This document shows positions 26,291 to 40,375 of a DNA stretch of 64,000 nt, piece by piece. The translations under genes were made by a program, and so were the position numbers. The first letter of the stretch is position 1; every line of letters starts with the position of its first letter. Location of the stretch: assembly GCF_009834535.1 (NCBI RefSeq), contig NC_045697.1:98768001-98832000 (forward strand). Direction: 5' to 3'. Below the pieces are notes generated by a model. That model saw only the letters and a program-made list of their open reading frames with translations. It did not search any database and had not been told where the DNA came from. Source of the DNA: Camelus ferus. Taxonomy: Eukaryota.

Positions 26291-28353
26291 TATAACAGGA
26301 GACTTTTTAGCTCAACAAAGACTGGGCCTTAGACACTTAGATAAAGAGAGGTAATACCCACTGGCATTTGAGCTAAATTCTGTCTAGTGAAGCTGGAAGG
26401 TATTCTATTGTCATTTTTATCTGCATTTACAAATTTATATAGGATTGGTGGGGGGAAACCTTTGTGAGATTAGAGGTTGGGATGTAGATCTTTCCTTTTA
26501 CGTTTCACATTTGTTAGCACATGTCTGATGGCAAAGATGGCTGTGGGGAGCTTGGTAGGAATCAGATATTAAAATGACAGTGGGAGAGCAAAATTGTTGA
26601 GAAGAAATTTACCATAGAGAAGGGACAATCTAGCTGATGACCCAGACCTTTCCGTAGCACCTGAATCACTGGAAGTAAATGTTGACTTGGGGCACAGTAT
26701 GAGTTGAGGTAGGAATTTCTCCCTACCTAAATACTATGGAATACCTTGGGGAAAAAAATGTCTGCATGTAATGAATTAGAAACACTGTACTGAGAAGGCC
26801 ACTTCTAAAAGTGACAGTGGAGCAAAGTGCCTAGAAGAAACACAGAACCCCAGCCACGCTGGCAGACACCTCTATCAGTAGCCATGGAAACAGAAAGCAG
26901 GGCACCAGAGCTAACAGAAATACACCTTCAAATAGAAGTCTCTTGAAGACTAGGACTTTTGTCTGTTTTGGTGTCTGCTTAGAACAGTGCCCGACATGTA
27001 TTAGGCACTTAATAACTACTTGTGGAAAGGTGTATGAATGAAAGAATGAGTGTATGAGTGGGCAGCAGCCAGGCCCTTGGCTTGCTGTGCTACCTGGTTT
27101 TCAGCAGCACAGCAGCTGTCCTGGCAGGGAGGCAAGGGCCCTGGAGGCCACAGTGAAAGGCAGGTGAGGTCTGGAAGTCAGTGAGCAATGAGTCAAGCAT
27201 GATTTCACGTAGTAGGAAAGCTTTTTACTAGCCCATGCTAGAGAGTCGAGAGTGAGGGTGCCCTGTCATCCCACTGATGCCCAGGAATGATTTAACTGAT
27301 CCCCCCTGCTAATATATGCCCTCCAAGAGAGCGACCTTTCAGAGCACAGCACAGATGGGCTTCTAGATAGAGCTATGCCAAATTTCAGAAACAGAAATGA
27401 TCCTTTATGTGGCTCAGAAACACAGCTATAATCTTGCTTAGAGTTGTTTTTTTTTCCCCTTTGGGGAGAGTGGGGAGAGATGGGAAGAATGTCAGAGAAT
27501 ATCCTTTAAAATAACGATACTTTTTTAAAACTACCTTTTAAATTGGTTGTATTTAGAATATAGTGGTTAGGCCATGGATGTATGTATTATTCCTCCTGAA
27601 AAGTAAAGATTTAAATTCAAAACATCTAAGAAAATGCCTTATTATGTTTTTCTCTCTCTGAACCAAGAAAATGCCCAAGAATATCATAATTGTTATATAT
27701 TCTATTACCTTAAAATAAAGGGAAACTTTTAGTGATTGAAAAGTAGTACAGTGCAATCCAGGTGGCTTAGCTGAGACAGAGTAGTCAATAAAATATTTGA
27801 CTAACGGCAAAAAGAGTTGCCTCTAGGTACTGGTGTTCTGATTATGTAACACCCACATTAAGTTTTTTTTGTTTTTTTTTTTTAGTTCATGTGAAAGCGT
27901 GGAAATGCTTTAGGCATGAAGACAGCATTAACTGTATAAAAGGGCCAGAAAGGCAATGGTCCTGTCCAAACAGGCCCCTGCTCTGTGATGATTAGGGTTA
28001 TATTCCACGATATTAGAGCTCCAGGTAGCTCATCCAGTGTACATGGTGGCATACACCCTAATTAGAACAGTAGCAGTGCCACCTACAGGAATCACCTGCA
28101 GACACCAAACATTTTAGACTGAATGGTCACCCTGATTGCTCTCTTCACCTGGAATGCCCACTGACCCATATCCTCTTCTTCATCTGGGTACCCTACTCAT
28201 CCTTTAAAGCGCAAGTGAGAAATCATCTTAGCCAGGAAGCCTTCTATGAGCATGATCCACTTCCCCCTCTTCCTATAGACTCCCATAGCTGCTTTCACAT
28301 TTCTGTGTTGTAACACATTTTGTAGCACATTTTGTTTATTTGTCTTTCTCCTC

Positions 28354-28555
28354 TTTTTTTTTTTTTTTTTTTTGGAGAAGTGCTAAATATTCTTTATTTG
28401 ATGTTATACATAAACCAAAGTAAAATGCCTATTATTAAATAAAAGGCAGTATTTTAGATAAAGAGAATTTTAATTAAATTGGCATAGTTAAGACCAAAAA
28501 GATGAAGTGGACATTGTCAGTTTATTTTCAGCCCTTGCCTTAACAGGTTAACTGG
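28354..28555 (-). pseudogene. Retrocopied mRNA 3'-end fragment, parent gene unidentified
   Basis: Minus strand: ~160 nt AT-rich UTR-like sequence, AATAAA (28393-28398), 19 nt, then A20; lies within L2-like sequence. Confidence 0.65.
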
Positions 28556-29306
28556 ATTAAGCTTCTCAGTCTATCCACATACCTAGCACAATGCCAATAC
28601 CATAGCTGGCAGTTCAATAAATGTCCATTAATAAATGCTATTCAGAGTCTTGAAAAGCAGTTAATTGATTTGAACATTTGGTTAACGAGGTTACTTAGAG
28701 AACTCTACTAACGACAAGCCTTGATCATGCAAAGTTTTCCACTGGTCATCAAAAGGAAAAAAATTTGAGAAACACTGCTCAGTTGTCTTCTTTCAAAGAG
28801 GACACAAAATTCTCGGCTCTCTTTTTCTGCTCAGAAAAGCCTAAGAATGAGGATAATCATCTTTCTTTTTATTTTCAATAAGGGTTTCTGCTGTATGGCA
28901 GGGAAACTGGCGGGAAATTATAACCTGCTTTGGAGAATCTGGACCCTTTCTTTCTCTTCCAAGTTCAGGATGGCACATTCCCAATTCCCTGCTGACCACA
29001 AAAAATGAGAATCTAGCCTCAAGCCTGCAACACCTATGGCCAAGGAGAAAAATTGTTCTTAAATTTCCACTTGATAGGGTTACTCAGATGCAGAGGGACA
29101 TAACCACGGGCCACCTTTGATCACTCAAATCACAGAGCCTGTCACAGATTCCAGAAAGGAATCTTAGGCAAGTATCCGGTCATATAGCCTGGGCAACCTA
29201 AAAATGAAGCTGGAATCTTTTTCATTGTTGATTGTAGGGCAATCAGGTGACAGATTTTTAACCAATTATAAAAGATGGTGAGCATGTGCTTTTCTTGGGA
29301 TACTTT

Positions 29307-29425
29307 TTTGGGGGGCAGTAATTAAGGATATTTATTTATTTACTTTAGTGGAGGTACTGGGAATTGAACCTAGGACCTCTTGCATGTTAAGCATATGCTT
29401 TACCACTGAGCTATACCCTCCTCCC
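29307..29425 (-). mobile_element. Vic-1-type SINE
   Basis: Perfect 15-bp TSD TTCTTGGGATACTTT. Confidence 0.93.
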
Positions 29426-30879
29426 TTCTTGGGATACTTTAGAGAGGGCCTTATATAAAAGTATTATTTGTCCTAGAGTCAGGTAGATCTTTCTTTATCC
29501 CCATCCCACATTTTACATTTTTAAAAAATGAAGCAGGAAATTGCTTCAATAAAATGTCTGGAAGAAAATCAAATGTTTTCAAGCCATTCAGGGAAAAGGA
29601 ATTTTTTTTTTAAATTAAAACTTACCAAAGGGAGATAAAAAGTAAGTAATGTCCAATTCTTAAAATCCCAAAGAGGAAAAAAAAACAAACCCCAATAACT
29701 ATCATCCCTCTATCTGTGCCACCATAATTAGACACCTCTTTCACTGAGTTATTTACCATTCGTATCTGGGACCACACTCTCTTGCCTCCTACATCCCAGC
29801 AGTCCAAGGGAGAGGGAAGGCAGCTTCTTGTCTGCAGCTTTTGGCTGTGGAGAACATTTTGGCTGTCACTTGCAGCTCTGCTTCCAAGCGTGATGAGCCT
29901 GGGGGAGTGCCTAGCTGGTTTTATCTTTTCTGAATGTGGAGAATGCAATAGGGAAATGCCTTCCCGGAAATGCCATTTATTCATGTTTTCTGGGTCTCCT
30001 ACATAGTACCCTGGGCTCATGCAGGGAGGCAGAAAAGGATTCTCTCTCTGACGTTTACTGAGGCCTAAGATGTTGTAAGAAGGATTCAATCTCATCATGA
30101 CTGAGTGAACTCTCATCACTGTATTTCTTTTCCATGTTAAAGAAATATAATATGCATTCTCCTTTAACAGTAAAATTATAAGTGAAGTCAGTGTAGTGAG
30201 TGGTTAACTTTGAGTGAAAGGTTTAAAGTCACATTATTTTTTTCCCTGCGGCCTTCCTGCTTATACAGATACAAATGTATAATCCTCCAAATTTCTTACT
30301 CATTTCTGACGATAAGAAAATTTGAAATAATAGATCCTAAATTTCAATGGCACTTAGTAAAAATTGTTAAGAAGCTATTAAAACAAGAAACAGAGATTTT
30401 CAGAACTTCAAGCACCAGATTAACAATTATCCTTTCTTTGGAAAGAAATATTAGGATAAATACTGTATTTGCATACCAGTTACCAAAAATTTAAGTGAAA
30501 TCTATATATGTTTACCTATCTTATCAATAGAAAATTGCTTTTCTAAGTTTGTTTAATAAAAAGCAGCAAACAAAGAAAAAAACACCCTTTCAAGGTTTAC
30601 TTAAATAGGTAATTACATTAGTTAAAATGTTTGCTGTAGAAAATTAAGTTTGTTTAAACTATAAATTATGTTTCCATTGGAGGTTGATTTTGCTCAATAA
30701 CTTTGTCATATTTAACCACTCTCACCTGACTGTTAATGTAAAACACTAAACTTTTTCTTATTAATGTGGAATATATAATTGATATATAAAGCTCTTATTA
30801 TATGTAAGTTGTTTTCCTAGAAAAATAAATAAGGGACTCAACCAGAATAACTTTAATATCCACATAGAATCTTAATTTC

Positions 30880-32050
30880 CCAGGATAAAACTTTACTGAC
30901 CAACCACAAATTATTTTTCCATTTTCTATTGATATTCACTTAGGTTGCTTTCAATTTTTTCATTATTACAGTGTTTCTGTGCCCATTCTGGTATGTATCA
31001 CCTTGAGCACATGTGAGTTTCCATTTCTAAAATACATACCTAGAAATGGAATTGTTGGGTCCTAGGGTATGAGTAGCTTCATCTTTACTAGATATTGTTA
31101 AATTCCTTTTCAAATTGTGTCTATCAATAAACATTGATTATACAAACACATCACCTCATATTAGATTTTTGAAATTTTCACAAATCTGATAAGTGTACAT
31201 TTTTTGCGTATTATTGTTTTTGCTTGCCCTTCATTGGTTACCAGTAAAACTGAGGATCTTTTCATAAATTTGTTAGCTGTTCAGAGGAGGGGAGAGTATA
31301 GTTCAGTGGTAGAGTGCATGCTTAGTATGCAGGAGGTCCTGGGTTCAGGCCCCAGTACCTCCATTACAAAAAATAAATGAATAAATAAACTTAATTACCT
31401 CCGTCCCATGTAAATAAATGAACAAATAAAAATTAAAATTTTTTTTAATGTGTTAGCTATTCAGCTTTCTTCTGTGAATTCTTATCCTTTGTGAATTTCT
31501 TAGAATGTTTCTTTTTTTATTCATTGGTAGAAATTCTTGAAATATCCCAGATTCTTATACTCTGTTGGTTTTATATCTTGTTCTTTATCTTTTCACTTTC
31601 ACCATGGTTATTTTTATTGTATAGAAGTTTTTATATTAATGTAATCTAAGGTATCACTCCTTTTCTTCTGTTTAGCATTTTTGTATCTTGAGGCATCTTT
31701 CCCTTTTCTGAAGTCAAAGAAATATTTTCTTCCAAAAATTTTAGAGTTTTTCTTCTCACTTTTAAATTGTTAATCCATTGGGAATTTGTGTGTGTGTATG
31801 TTGTAAGGTAAGAGGCTACTTTTATTTTATTTTTCCATGTGGATACCTAATAGTCTCTGCCCCACTTACTAAAGAGTTCATCATTTCCTTACTGATTTCA
31901 AATCAGTCATAGTACTCCTTTTCATATATGTGTGAGCTTGTTTCTCAGCTGCCTGTTCTTTTCCATTGCTATTTTTTATCTATTCACATATACCAACTAT
32001 CTTAACTGCTATAGTTTTATAAGTCTTTATATCTAGTATAGTAAGTCCTC
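30880..32050 (-). mobile_element. Old L1 ORF2/3' fragment, interrupted by a SINE
   Basis: ATACCTAGAAATGGAATTGTTGGGTC.., AGAAGTTTTTATATTAATGTA.., T-rich antisense L1 composition. Confidence 0.75.
31285..31446 (+). mobile_element. Vic-1-type SINE
   Basis: TSD AAT(T/G)TGTTAGCT(G/A)TTCAG. Confidence 0.92.
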
Positions 32051-33080
32051 CCACCACACACAACTACCTTCATTTTTTAACCTACAATTTTAGCCATATA
32101 TTTATATTACACAGAAAACGATGGAAACTTGACTATACAAAACTCATCCACATGAAAATACTCCACACAGTCCAGATGATGGCCAACTGCATGTGCTGTC
32201 AAGAGTATGAGAAGTTCTGCTTCCAATTAATGCTGAGTTACAAGGAAATTGATTTTTAGGGAGAAACAGAAAATATTACTGTAAACCATAATAGCCAATA
32301 GGTAGAAAAGAGTTAAGATGGTACTGGGAACCCTGCTTCATTACTGCTGTTTTCATGGAAAATCTTTTGAAGTGAGTTATTGTTGGACAAGAAATGTCTC
32401 CTCAAGAGCTTACATAATCTCTCATGTCAACTTTATTATATTGACTTGATTTTTGAATAAGTTTTAAGGAGTAATATGAAGATATTGGGTATTTCTGTTC
32501 AACTTTCAGCTTAAGAGAGAGACAGTCTTTGTTATGAAGAGTCATGTTTAAATACTTGGGAAACCATCTCTTTGGGAACAGTGAAGCTAAAATAATGTGA
32601 GGTGGCACATGTAATTGCACTGGAATCTGCCTGCAGCTACAGTTCTCATGTAAATTGATTAATGTGGTGATGCTTGTTCTAAAGCTGAAAAGGCTTCCCA
32701 GAGCCCTATTGAACCAAAACCCTATGCTTGCCCTCCCCAGACTATTAACAAAGATATGAAGGGAAAAGGATCTGGGTAGAAACCTGAGCAAGTTATCTAT
32801 AAATGTAATGCTTTCCAAAAAATATAAAAAGTGTAAATGGAATGAAAATTCAATTCAGAATAACAAGTGGGCTTTATACTAAGAAAATAAAAATATAGGC
32901 TGATTATGAAAAAACCCCACATTTATATTTGGGAATTTCTTCAGTTGATTTTCCAAATAATCTGAGTAAATTCTATGTTTACATTAGAAATTATAAGTAT
33001 TTGGGTGAAGTTAACAATCTGAGCTTTTCTCAAGATTTACCTCTTGGAATATATTTAGGTTGAATTTTATAAAAGTGCTG

Positions 33081-33163
33081 ATTTTTTAAAAATTGAAATA
33101 TAGTTGATTTACAATGCTGTGTTAGTTTCTGGTGTACAGCATAGTGATTCGATCATACATATA
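33081..33163 (-). mobile_element. Very short L1 3' tip
   Basis: ATTGAAATATAGTTGATTTACAATG..GTTAGTTTCTGGTGTACAGCATAGTGATT, same as the L1 ends at 21.4 and 25.8 kb. Confidence 0.8.
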
Positions 33164-35494
33164 TTAAAATTGCTCTTTCTGTAGATTAAAAATGGCCAAA
33201 TATCAGCAGTTTCATAGAGATCAACTCTATAAAACAGAACATAACTCCCTGAGCATCATGATTTCATTAAACAAACACTGATTGAGGGCCTTAATGTGTT
33301 CCTTCTTCTCAGGCAACTCTCTTTCTATTCAGAGATTCTAAAATATGAACAAATAATTGAAAACTAGAATGTAAATGCAATAATAGACTAAGGGATAGAA
33401 TGACACAAAGGCAGGTGTGATAGCTTCAGCTCAGTCAGCTGAAGAAAAGTGTTGTAAAGCGGATAATGTTTGAGCTGAGTAATTAGAAGAAGTTGAGCCG
33501 GTTTAGGGATTGCGAGTGTCTTTCCAGGTGGAGTGGACGACGTGTACAAAACCTTTGAGGCATAAAACAGGATGGCAAGTTCAAGTCATAATGCTGCTAA
33601 ATCATTCAGACTGCCTGGACCAGTTGAGTGAAGGTGGCTGAAAGCTGCAGGCAAATAGAAATAGGGACGAAAAATAAGATTGAAGAGGGACTAGACAGCT
33701 GTGGTTTGTGGAGGGCCTTGAATGTCATACTGTAAAATAAGAATTTTGATGGTAAAGAAGTAACAAATTCAGATATCCTCAGTCAGATACTGGTGGGCTC
33801 GTGAAAAGTTTTAAAATAGTAGGTAATGTGATCAACTCAACCATTTTAAAAGGATAACTCTGAATTGAATAGTAGGGAGACTTGCTAAGTGGTTGCAGGT
33901 GTGAGAAACTGAACTAAGGTAACAGTTTGGAGACAGTGTGAAGATAAGAGTCTTCTGACTGGGAGGAGTAAGAGGTGCGATGGTGGTGAATTTTAAAAAG
34001 CTTAGTTCCAGAATATTTCGCTAGGATTTGAGTTCTTTAAAAAAAAAAAAAAGTAATATTTTCCTTATTGAATTACTATGTGAATAGAATAACTGGGTTG
34101 TGGCTTTGTAAAACCTATTATTCTAAATATCTCAATAATAGACTAAAATCACTGCATGATTAATTCAATCAACTATCATAATTATTATCTAAAGATGAAA
34201 TTTAAAAATCAGGTTAATTGGTCATTCTATTTGTTTTTTGTTTGTTTGTTTCTGATTGAGGCATAATAGATATTACCACAGTCCACACAGAATCGTCCCC
34301 TCTAAAGGAAGAGGCTTTCCCTAGTTCTGAATGAAAGCATTTCTGATATGTGAGGAGGGATTCTCATTCTTAAAGGGACAGCAATAATGCCCACAGTCTT
34401 GCCATCTTCATGTCACTTGATAAAGAAAAATGCTAATTTTCTCTTCATGTCCTTCCCTCACCCCAGAAATCACTATCTATATGAAAAGATCTCAGAAAAT
34501 ATAAGTTAACTTTTTGTATTAGTTTAATCATTAATTTGGATAATGGATATTTAAAATTAGATATCCACATTCAAATAATAATATTTAAAACTGTCTAAAT
34601 TCCTCCAACTTATTCAGTAAAACCTTATCCCCAAAGTTAAATAAAAATTTCTTTAGAGATACTTCTAACTGAGGGACAATTTGCTGTATAATGAAGGACA
34701 GTGTTGCTTCTGGCCAACAGATGCTATCTACCAGGACACATACTTGGCACAGAAATTACTAACACATTCAGAAACTAATCTTCCCTGAATCCAGCTTCAA
34801 CTCTCAAAAGCTGGCTGTGGAATACACTGTACTTTGTAATAGAAAATTCACGTTTTGGGAAAACAGTAGTTACTGCAGACCCATTGTTCGAGACTGCTCC
34901 ATACATTTCTTTCAACAGTTAAGTAACATTTAAATATCATGGGCATGTCATTGGTTAGAAAGCGTGTTGAGTTTTTCTAAACTTACTCTTCCTTTATATT
35001 CCTGTCTTTATCAAAGAGAAGTAACTTGGTTATCTAATTCTGCTGCCAATTTTTATCTTTTGCAATGGGTTTCCCATTCTAGGCCCCACACTCTATTTAT
35101 CCCATTTTGACTTTCTTAATGTATTTTTTAATTCTGTTAAAATCAGTCAATGGTCTGATAATTAAAATGCTGCTTATAGAATACTGTTGTTAAACTTTCA
35201 TTACACTGGGTGTTAGTCAAAAAAGGTTAATACAATATAGGTTACTTTTAGACTTCAAAATGTGGTTTTGAATAAACATTGAATTTTAAAAGGAAAAAAA
35301 AATCCTTCTGTATGCAGTTACACTTGGCATTTAGTAGTTCTAAAAAAAATTTCAGGAAAGGCAAACTATTGGCCAGAAAGTTAAACCAGACAAATTCTGG
35401 CATCTGCGGGCACAGCTAATTCTTTCTTCATTCTAGTTAAATACAACACGTGAAAGCTGGGCTGCACCAAATTCAGTTTTCTTTCCTGATCATC

Positions 35495-35960
35495 TTAACT
35501 ACATCTCGCTGCTTAAACTGTCCTAACTTCATGGCTTAATACACAACCATCTTTTTTGCTCACGGTTCTGTAGATCAGCCATTTAGTCTGTGTTCAGCTG
35601 GATGGTTCTTATCTGGTCTTGCCGGGTCATTCTGACGACTGCAGCCATCAGGCATGTCTGGTCTAGGATGGCCTCACTCACAGAGCTGGGGCTGGTGCCA
35701 GCTCTAGGCAGGGCCTCTCTCTCCACATGGTCTCTCATCCTCATGGAGTAGCCCAGGCTTTTTCACTTGGCAGTTCTCAGGGTTCCAAGATTGGAAGAAC
35801 TCTCACAAAGTTACTCCCACAGCATTCTACCAAGCAAAGTACAAGACAAGGCTGAATTTAAAGAAGTGAAAAAATAGTCTCCATCTCTTGATGGGAAGGA
35901 ATGTAAAGTCACACTTCCCAGGAGTGCACATATGGGGGAAGAATCTGCAGCTATATTCAA
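35495..35960 (-). mobile_element. MaLR LTR (MLT1H/I-like)
   Basis: ATGGCTTAATACACAACC..GGATGGCCTCACTCACA..CTCTCCACATGGTCTCTCATCCTC..CCATCTCTTGATGGGAAG. Confidence 0.7.
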
Positions 35961-35989
35961 CCCCAGTGTAACTGAACAGTTGGTGAAAG

Positions 35990-36725
35990 AAGTTCCCCTT
36001 TACAGAAGTAGTCCCACTAATAAATAATGATTACAATATCACCATTTCACAGCTTCTAATGAAATAATGGATCAATGACTTCTAATATCACAAAGAGAAA
36101 AGCAATTAAACATTGTGAGTCCTGACGGAAGTGTGAATGCCACCTCTGAAGTATTCCTGTCAAAACAATAAACCTAGATCTGATCAAACCTCTGGATCTA
36201 AATACCAACTGATGGGTAGTACAGGGGAGAGGAACATGTTAAAACAAAACAAATAAACCAAAAAAAAAAAAAAAAAAAAAAAAAACCAGGTGGTTGCAAT
36301 AAGCAGAATCCAGACTGAAAAATTGTTCAGATCAAATGAGCCAGTTTATTTTAAAAAATAAATAAACTGCAAGAAAAAACAAAAGGGGAAACCTGTAGAA
36401 AAAGAGACTTAGGGATGTCTTGACCGATTGCAATTTGTGGACTTCAGATTCTGGGCTAAACAACAAACTGAAAAGGAGAGAAAACCTTTGATGAGGCAGT
36501 TGAGGAAATTTGATTATTGACTAGATAATTAGTAATACTAAAGAATTATTATTGTTATTATCATTAAAATTTTACAAACAGGCAGTGGTGGTGGTAGAAG
36601 ATTAAGTGGGCAGGACTATGAATCTAAGATTTGCCAAGAATTGATAATTGAGGCCACATGAAGATTCCTTATACTGTTCTCTCTACTCTTGTTTGAAAAT
36701 TTCCACAATATAACATTAAAAAGAA
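35990..36725 (+). mobile_element. Ancient L1 (L1ME-type) 3' region
   Basis: CCTAGATCTGATCAAACCTCTGGATCTAA..ATACTGTTCTCTCTACT..GTTTGAAAATTTCCACAAT. Confidence 0.65.
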
Positions 36726-37524
36726 AAAAATATATATATTAAATTTTTTTTTAAGACAAAGGAATTCTTCTTTTTGAAAGACTTCCAGGGGGCATTATTG
36801 TGGCTGAATAAAATACCTAGAATTATGGTGATTTCATCCTGTGATTATGAGGAAAGCCTACCAAGGAGAAAGCAAAAACATTCTTGAGAGTAGAGCAGAA
36901 TAATAGAAATAATCTGGTTCTTGATGACCGAGCCACAGAATAAACTAATCCGAAAGCTGCCTGAACTCCAGATAGCTGGCTAGATAATAACTATCTCCTT
37001 TGTTTCATCTATTTTGAGTTAGTTTCTTTTATTTGCAGCACAAACCATCCTAACCGAAACAGTGGAGATGAATGCATTTTTGTATGTGTGTTGACGTTGT
37101 ATGAGTGGTACTGGGTTGTGTTTCTGCTGCATCTTACAGAATGTTTAGTGAAACAGCATCCCTTAATTTATGAGTCTAATGCAGAGTTGGTATTGCAACA
37201 AATTCAAAACAAATCCAGGGTACATCTTGTACCTCAGAACTGAATGTTGCTCTGCAATGATTAAATCCTTAGAGTTATTTTTTCTTTGTACCTCTCAAAT
37301 TCCAGAGGCATTAAACCAGCCAGTATATCACCTTCCGTTTATATCCTACCCTAGTTTACCATGGATGAAAATCTTAGCAGCCACTCTGCTACAGAAGGCC
37401 AGGGACCAGCAATCTTCCACCTACCACCGGTGATGGGGTCCTCATCCCCATCTAGCTGGAGAGTGATACAATTCCAGAAGCCTATTCTTAGAGTCAGCTT
37501 CCTAGGACTATGTCCAGTACCAAT

Positions 37525-37862
37525 TATCTAGGTGGAGTTTCTAGAAACTGCTTGAAACAGGAATTTGGGGACAGGTGATTTGTTAAAGAGATGCTCTCAG
37601 GAGAATAGGAAGAAGGCAAGCAGAATAGAACAGGAGGGAAAGTTAAGCAAGGATGTAATCTCAGCTGGAAACCAGCTTCAGCCTGAGCCCCTGGGGAGCT
37701 CTGAGTGGTCCCACAGGTTGGCCCTACCTTTTGTATAAGCCAGTCATCCTTTGTGAGCTGCCTGAGATGAGGCTGGGGGTGGGCTGTGTGTGTAACACAG
37801 CAGCTGAAAGTAAATGGCACAGTTAAAGGGGCCTGGTCAGAGCATCAAGAGCATCCACTACA
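37525..37862 (-). mobile_element. ERVL-class LTR remnant
   Basis: GGAATTTGGGGACAGGTGATTTGTTAAAGAGATGCTCTCAGGAGAA...GCATCCACTACA. Confidence 0.6.
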
Positions 37863-37899
37863 ACTTCCCAACTCACTCGAATAGCCAAAATCTTACTGC

Positions 37900-38540
37900 G
37901 TGATCTAGCCCATCCCTGCATAAACATTCTTCCTCTCTGAAATCTCCAACTTTTACTCTCCTTCTTCTCCATTCCACTTAGCCACACTGGCCACCTTGCA
38001 AGTCCTCATTCTCTGAACATGCTTCAGATCCTTCCACTTCTCAGTTCCCTCATTTGGAATGCTTTTCTGCTGTGCTTCCTCCTCCCACATCCTCATGAAT
38101 AGGTCCTTTATACATCCTTCAGGTTTTTACTCACCAGACAGCTTCTTAGTTAGGCCTTCTCTGGCTGCCCTGTCTAAAATGACAGCTCCAGAGGGCAGGG
38201 TATAGTTCAGTGGTAGAGCGCATGTTTAGCCTGCATGAGGTCCTGGGTTCAATCCCCAGTACCTCTATTAAAAAAATAAAATATAAAATAAAATAAAATG
38301 ACAACTCCCACCCCAACCAACACTTATAATCCCTTTACTTTCATTACTTTTAAAATACTTACCAGTATCTAACATAGTATATAGTTTTCTTATTTATCTT
38401 GTTTATTGTTTGATCATACTCTAGAACATGAGCTGGGATGGGTAAGAATTATCTTTAAAAAAAAAATCTCAGCACTTAGAACAGTGCTTGGTACATTACA
38501 TATCTGTTTCATATGTGAATGAATGAATGAGTGAATGATC
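37900..38540 (-). mobile_element. L2 3' end, interrupted by a SINE
   Basis: GCCACACTGGCC..TTGGAATGCTTT..CAGCACTTAGAACAGTGCTTGG..(GAAT)n tail. Confidence 0.75.
38191..38293 (+). mobile_element. Vic-1-type SINE, short form
   Basis: TSD TAAAATGACA(G/A)CTCC. Confidence 0.92.
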
Positions 38541-38790
38541 CCTGGCACAAAGTGGAAGTCCTCAGTAAACATTGCTTGAAATGAGCTAAACCAAAATGGA
38601 AAATATCGGCACAGCCCCCATGTAATGTGAGAAAGGAAATATTGTCATATGCTGAGTTCTCCATAGATTATATGTTTTCTTTGATAACATTGCAATGTTC
38701 ACGTGATGTCACATGTGTGTATATTAATATGTATTATTTATATATATAAATATTAGTAAACAAAAATAGAAGCACTAAAGAGTTTCCAAA

Positions 38791-38796
38791 TTTATT
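38791..38796 (-). terminator. MGARP: MGARP polyadenylation signal AATAAA
   Basis: AATAAA ~360 nt after the stop, followed on the minus strand by a U/GU-rich tract (CTTTAGTGCTTCTATTTTTGTTT). Confidence 0.7.
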
Positions 38797-39155
38797 TAAA
38801 TGAGTTCAGATCAAAACCCAAGAATCTAGATTTACATACATTAAAGAAAGGTAAAGTTATAGCAAAATTAAAGTGAACGCAGGTTGTATAAATAGCTCAA
38901 TGCCTCTGATATAAAATTTCAATCCAGAGATGAAACTCTAAACTCTTTACAGCTTTCATATTCTGATCCTAGAGAGTAGAAAACTATTCAGACATGTAAA
39001 ATCTCTCATCTCTCAATCCTGAAATCTATCAGTAGACACCAACAGTCCTCAAGGCACAGTAACGTTTTCTAGAAGAGAAGCCTTTTTTAAAAACTAAGGT
39101 TACTAAAACTACAAAAACACCCATCAGCCCCTCTAGGGCATTTTTGGCTGAAGTG

Positions 39156-39674
<519 letters not shown>

Positions 39675-39731
39675 TTAAAGAGCAAGAAAATATGGTGGGA
39701 CACTGCACAGTCATTAAAACAAACAAGATGA

Positions 39732-39846
39732 GGGGGGCGGGGGTGGATAACTCAGTGGCAAGAGAGCATGCCTAGCATGAACGAGGTCCAGGGTTCAATC
39801 TGCGGCACTGCCATTAAAACAAACAAACAAACAAACAAACAAACAA
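39732..39846 (+). mobile_element. Vic-1-type SINE, short form with (AAAC)n tail, in MGARP intron 3
   Basis: AACTCAGTGG...GGGTTCAATC; ~90 nt from the exon 4 acceptor. Confidence 0.88.
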
Positions 39847-40184
39847 ATAAGACAGGTCAATAAGTAGACATGAAATGGAATCAAGGTAGTCTGTTAAGTG
39901 AAAAAAAGCAAAGCAAAGAGCAATGTATATAGTATGGTACTTTTTGTGTTAGGACAAAAGGGTAAGATAGACCTAGATAGCTATATTTGCAAAGACTCTA
40001 TCCAGGGGATACAAAGAAACTAGTATTATTGGTTGCCTCTGTGGAGGTAAAATTGAGGATCTGCTATTCTGCAAACCCTTTTGAACCTGCTTAAAAAAAA
40101 TAATAATTTACGTGTATTATTTATTCAGATAGAAACCATGAAAACAAACAGGCAACGTGTCATGTGAAATAGCATGGAAAAGTA

Positions 40185-40375
40185 GCCAACTTACTAGCTG
40201 ATGACACTGAGGAATCACTACGCCTCTCTCAACCTCAGTTTTGTCATCTGTAAAATGGGGATACTAATAATATCTACCTCACAGAGCTATTGTGAGGATT
40301 GATTAGAATAATTTGTATGAAAAGGGTTTAAAACCAAGGAAGTGCTATGGAAATGCTGTATTTTATTATTATTAC
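40185..40375 (+). mobile_element. MIR SINE remnant
   Basis: CCTCAGTTTTGTCATCTGTAAAATGGGGATACTAATAATATCTACCTCACAGAG core. Confidence 0.8.

Noticed and set aside
1..38700. Exons of the expected syntenic neighbour ELF2, and of NAA15 at the right end
   Set aside because: No recognisable exons or CpG islands; both probably lie outside the window
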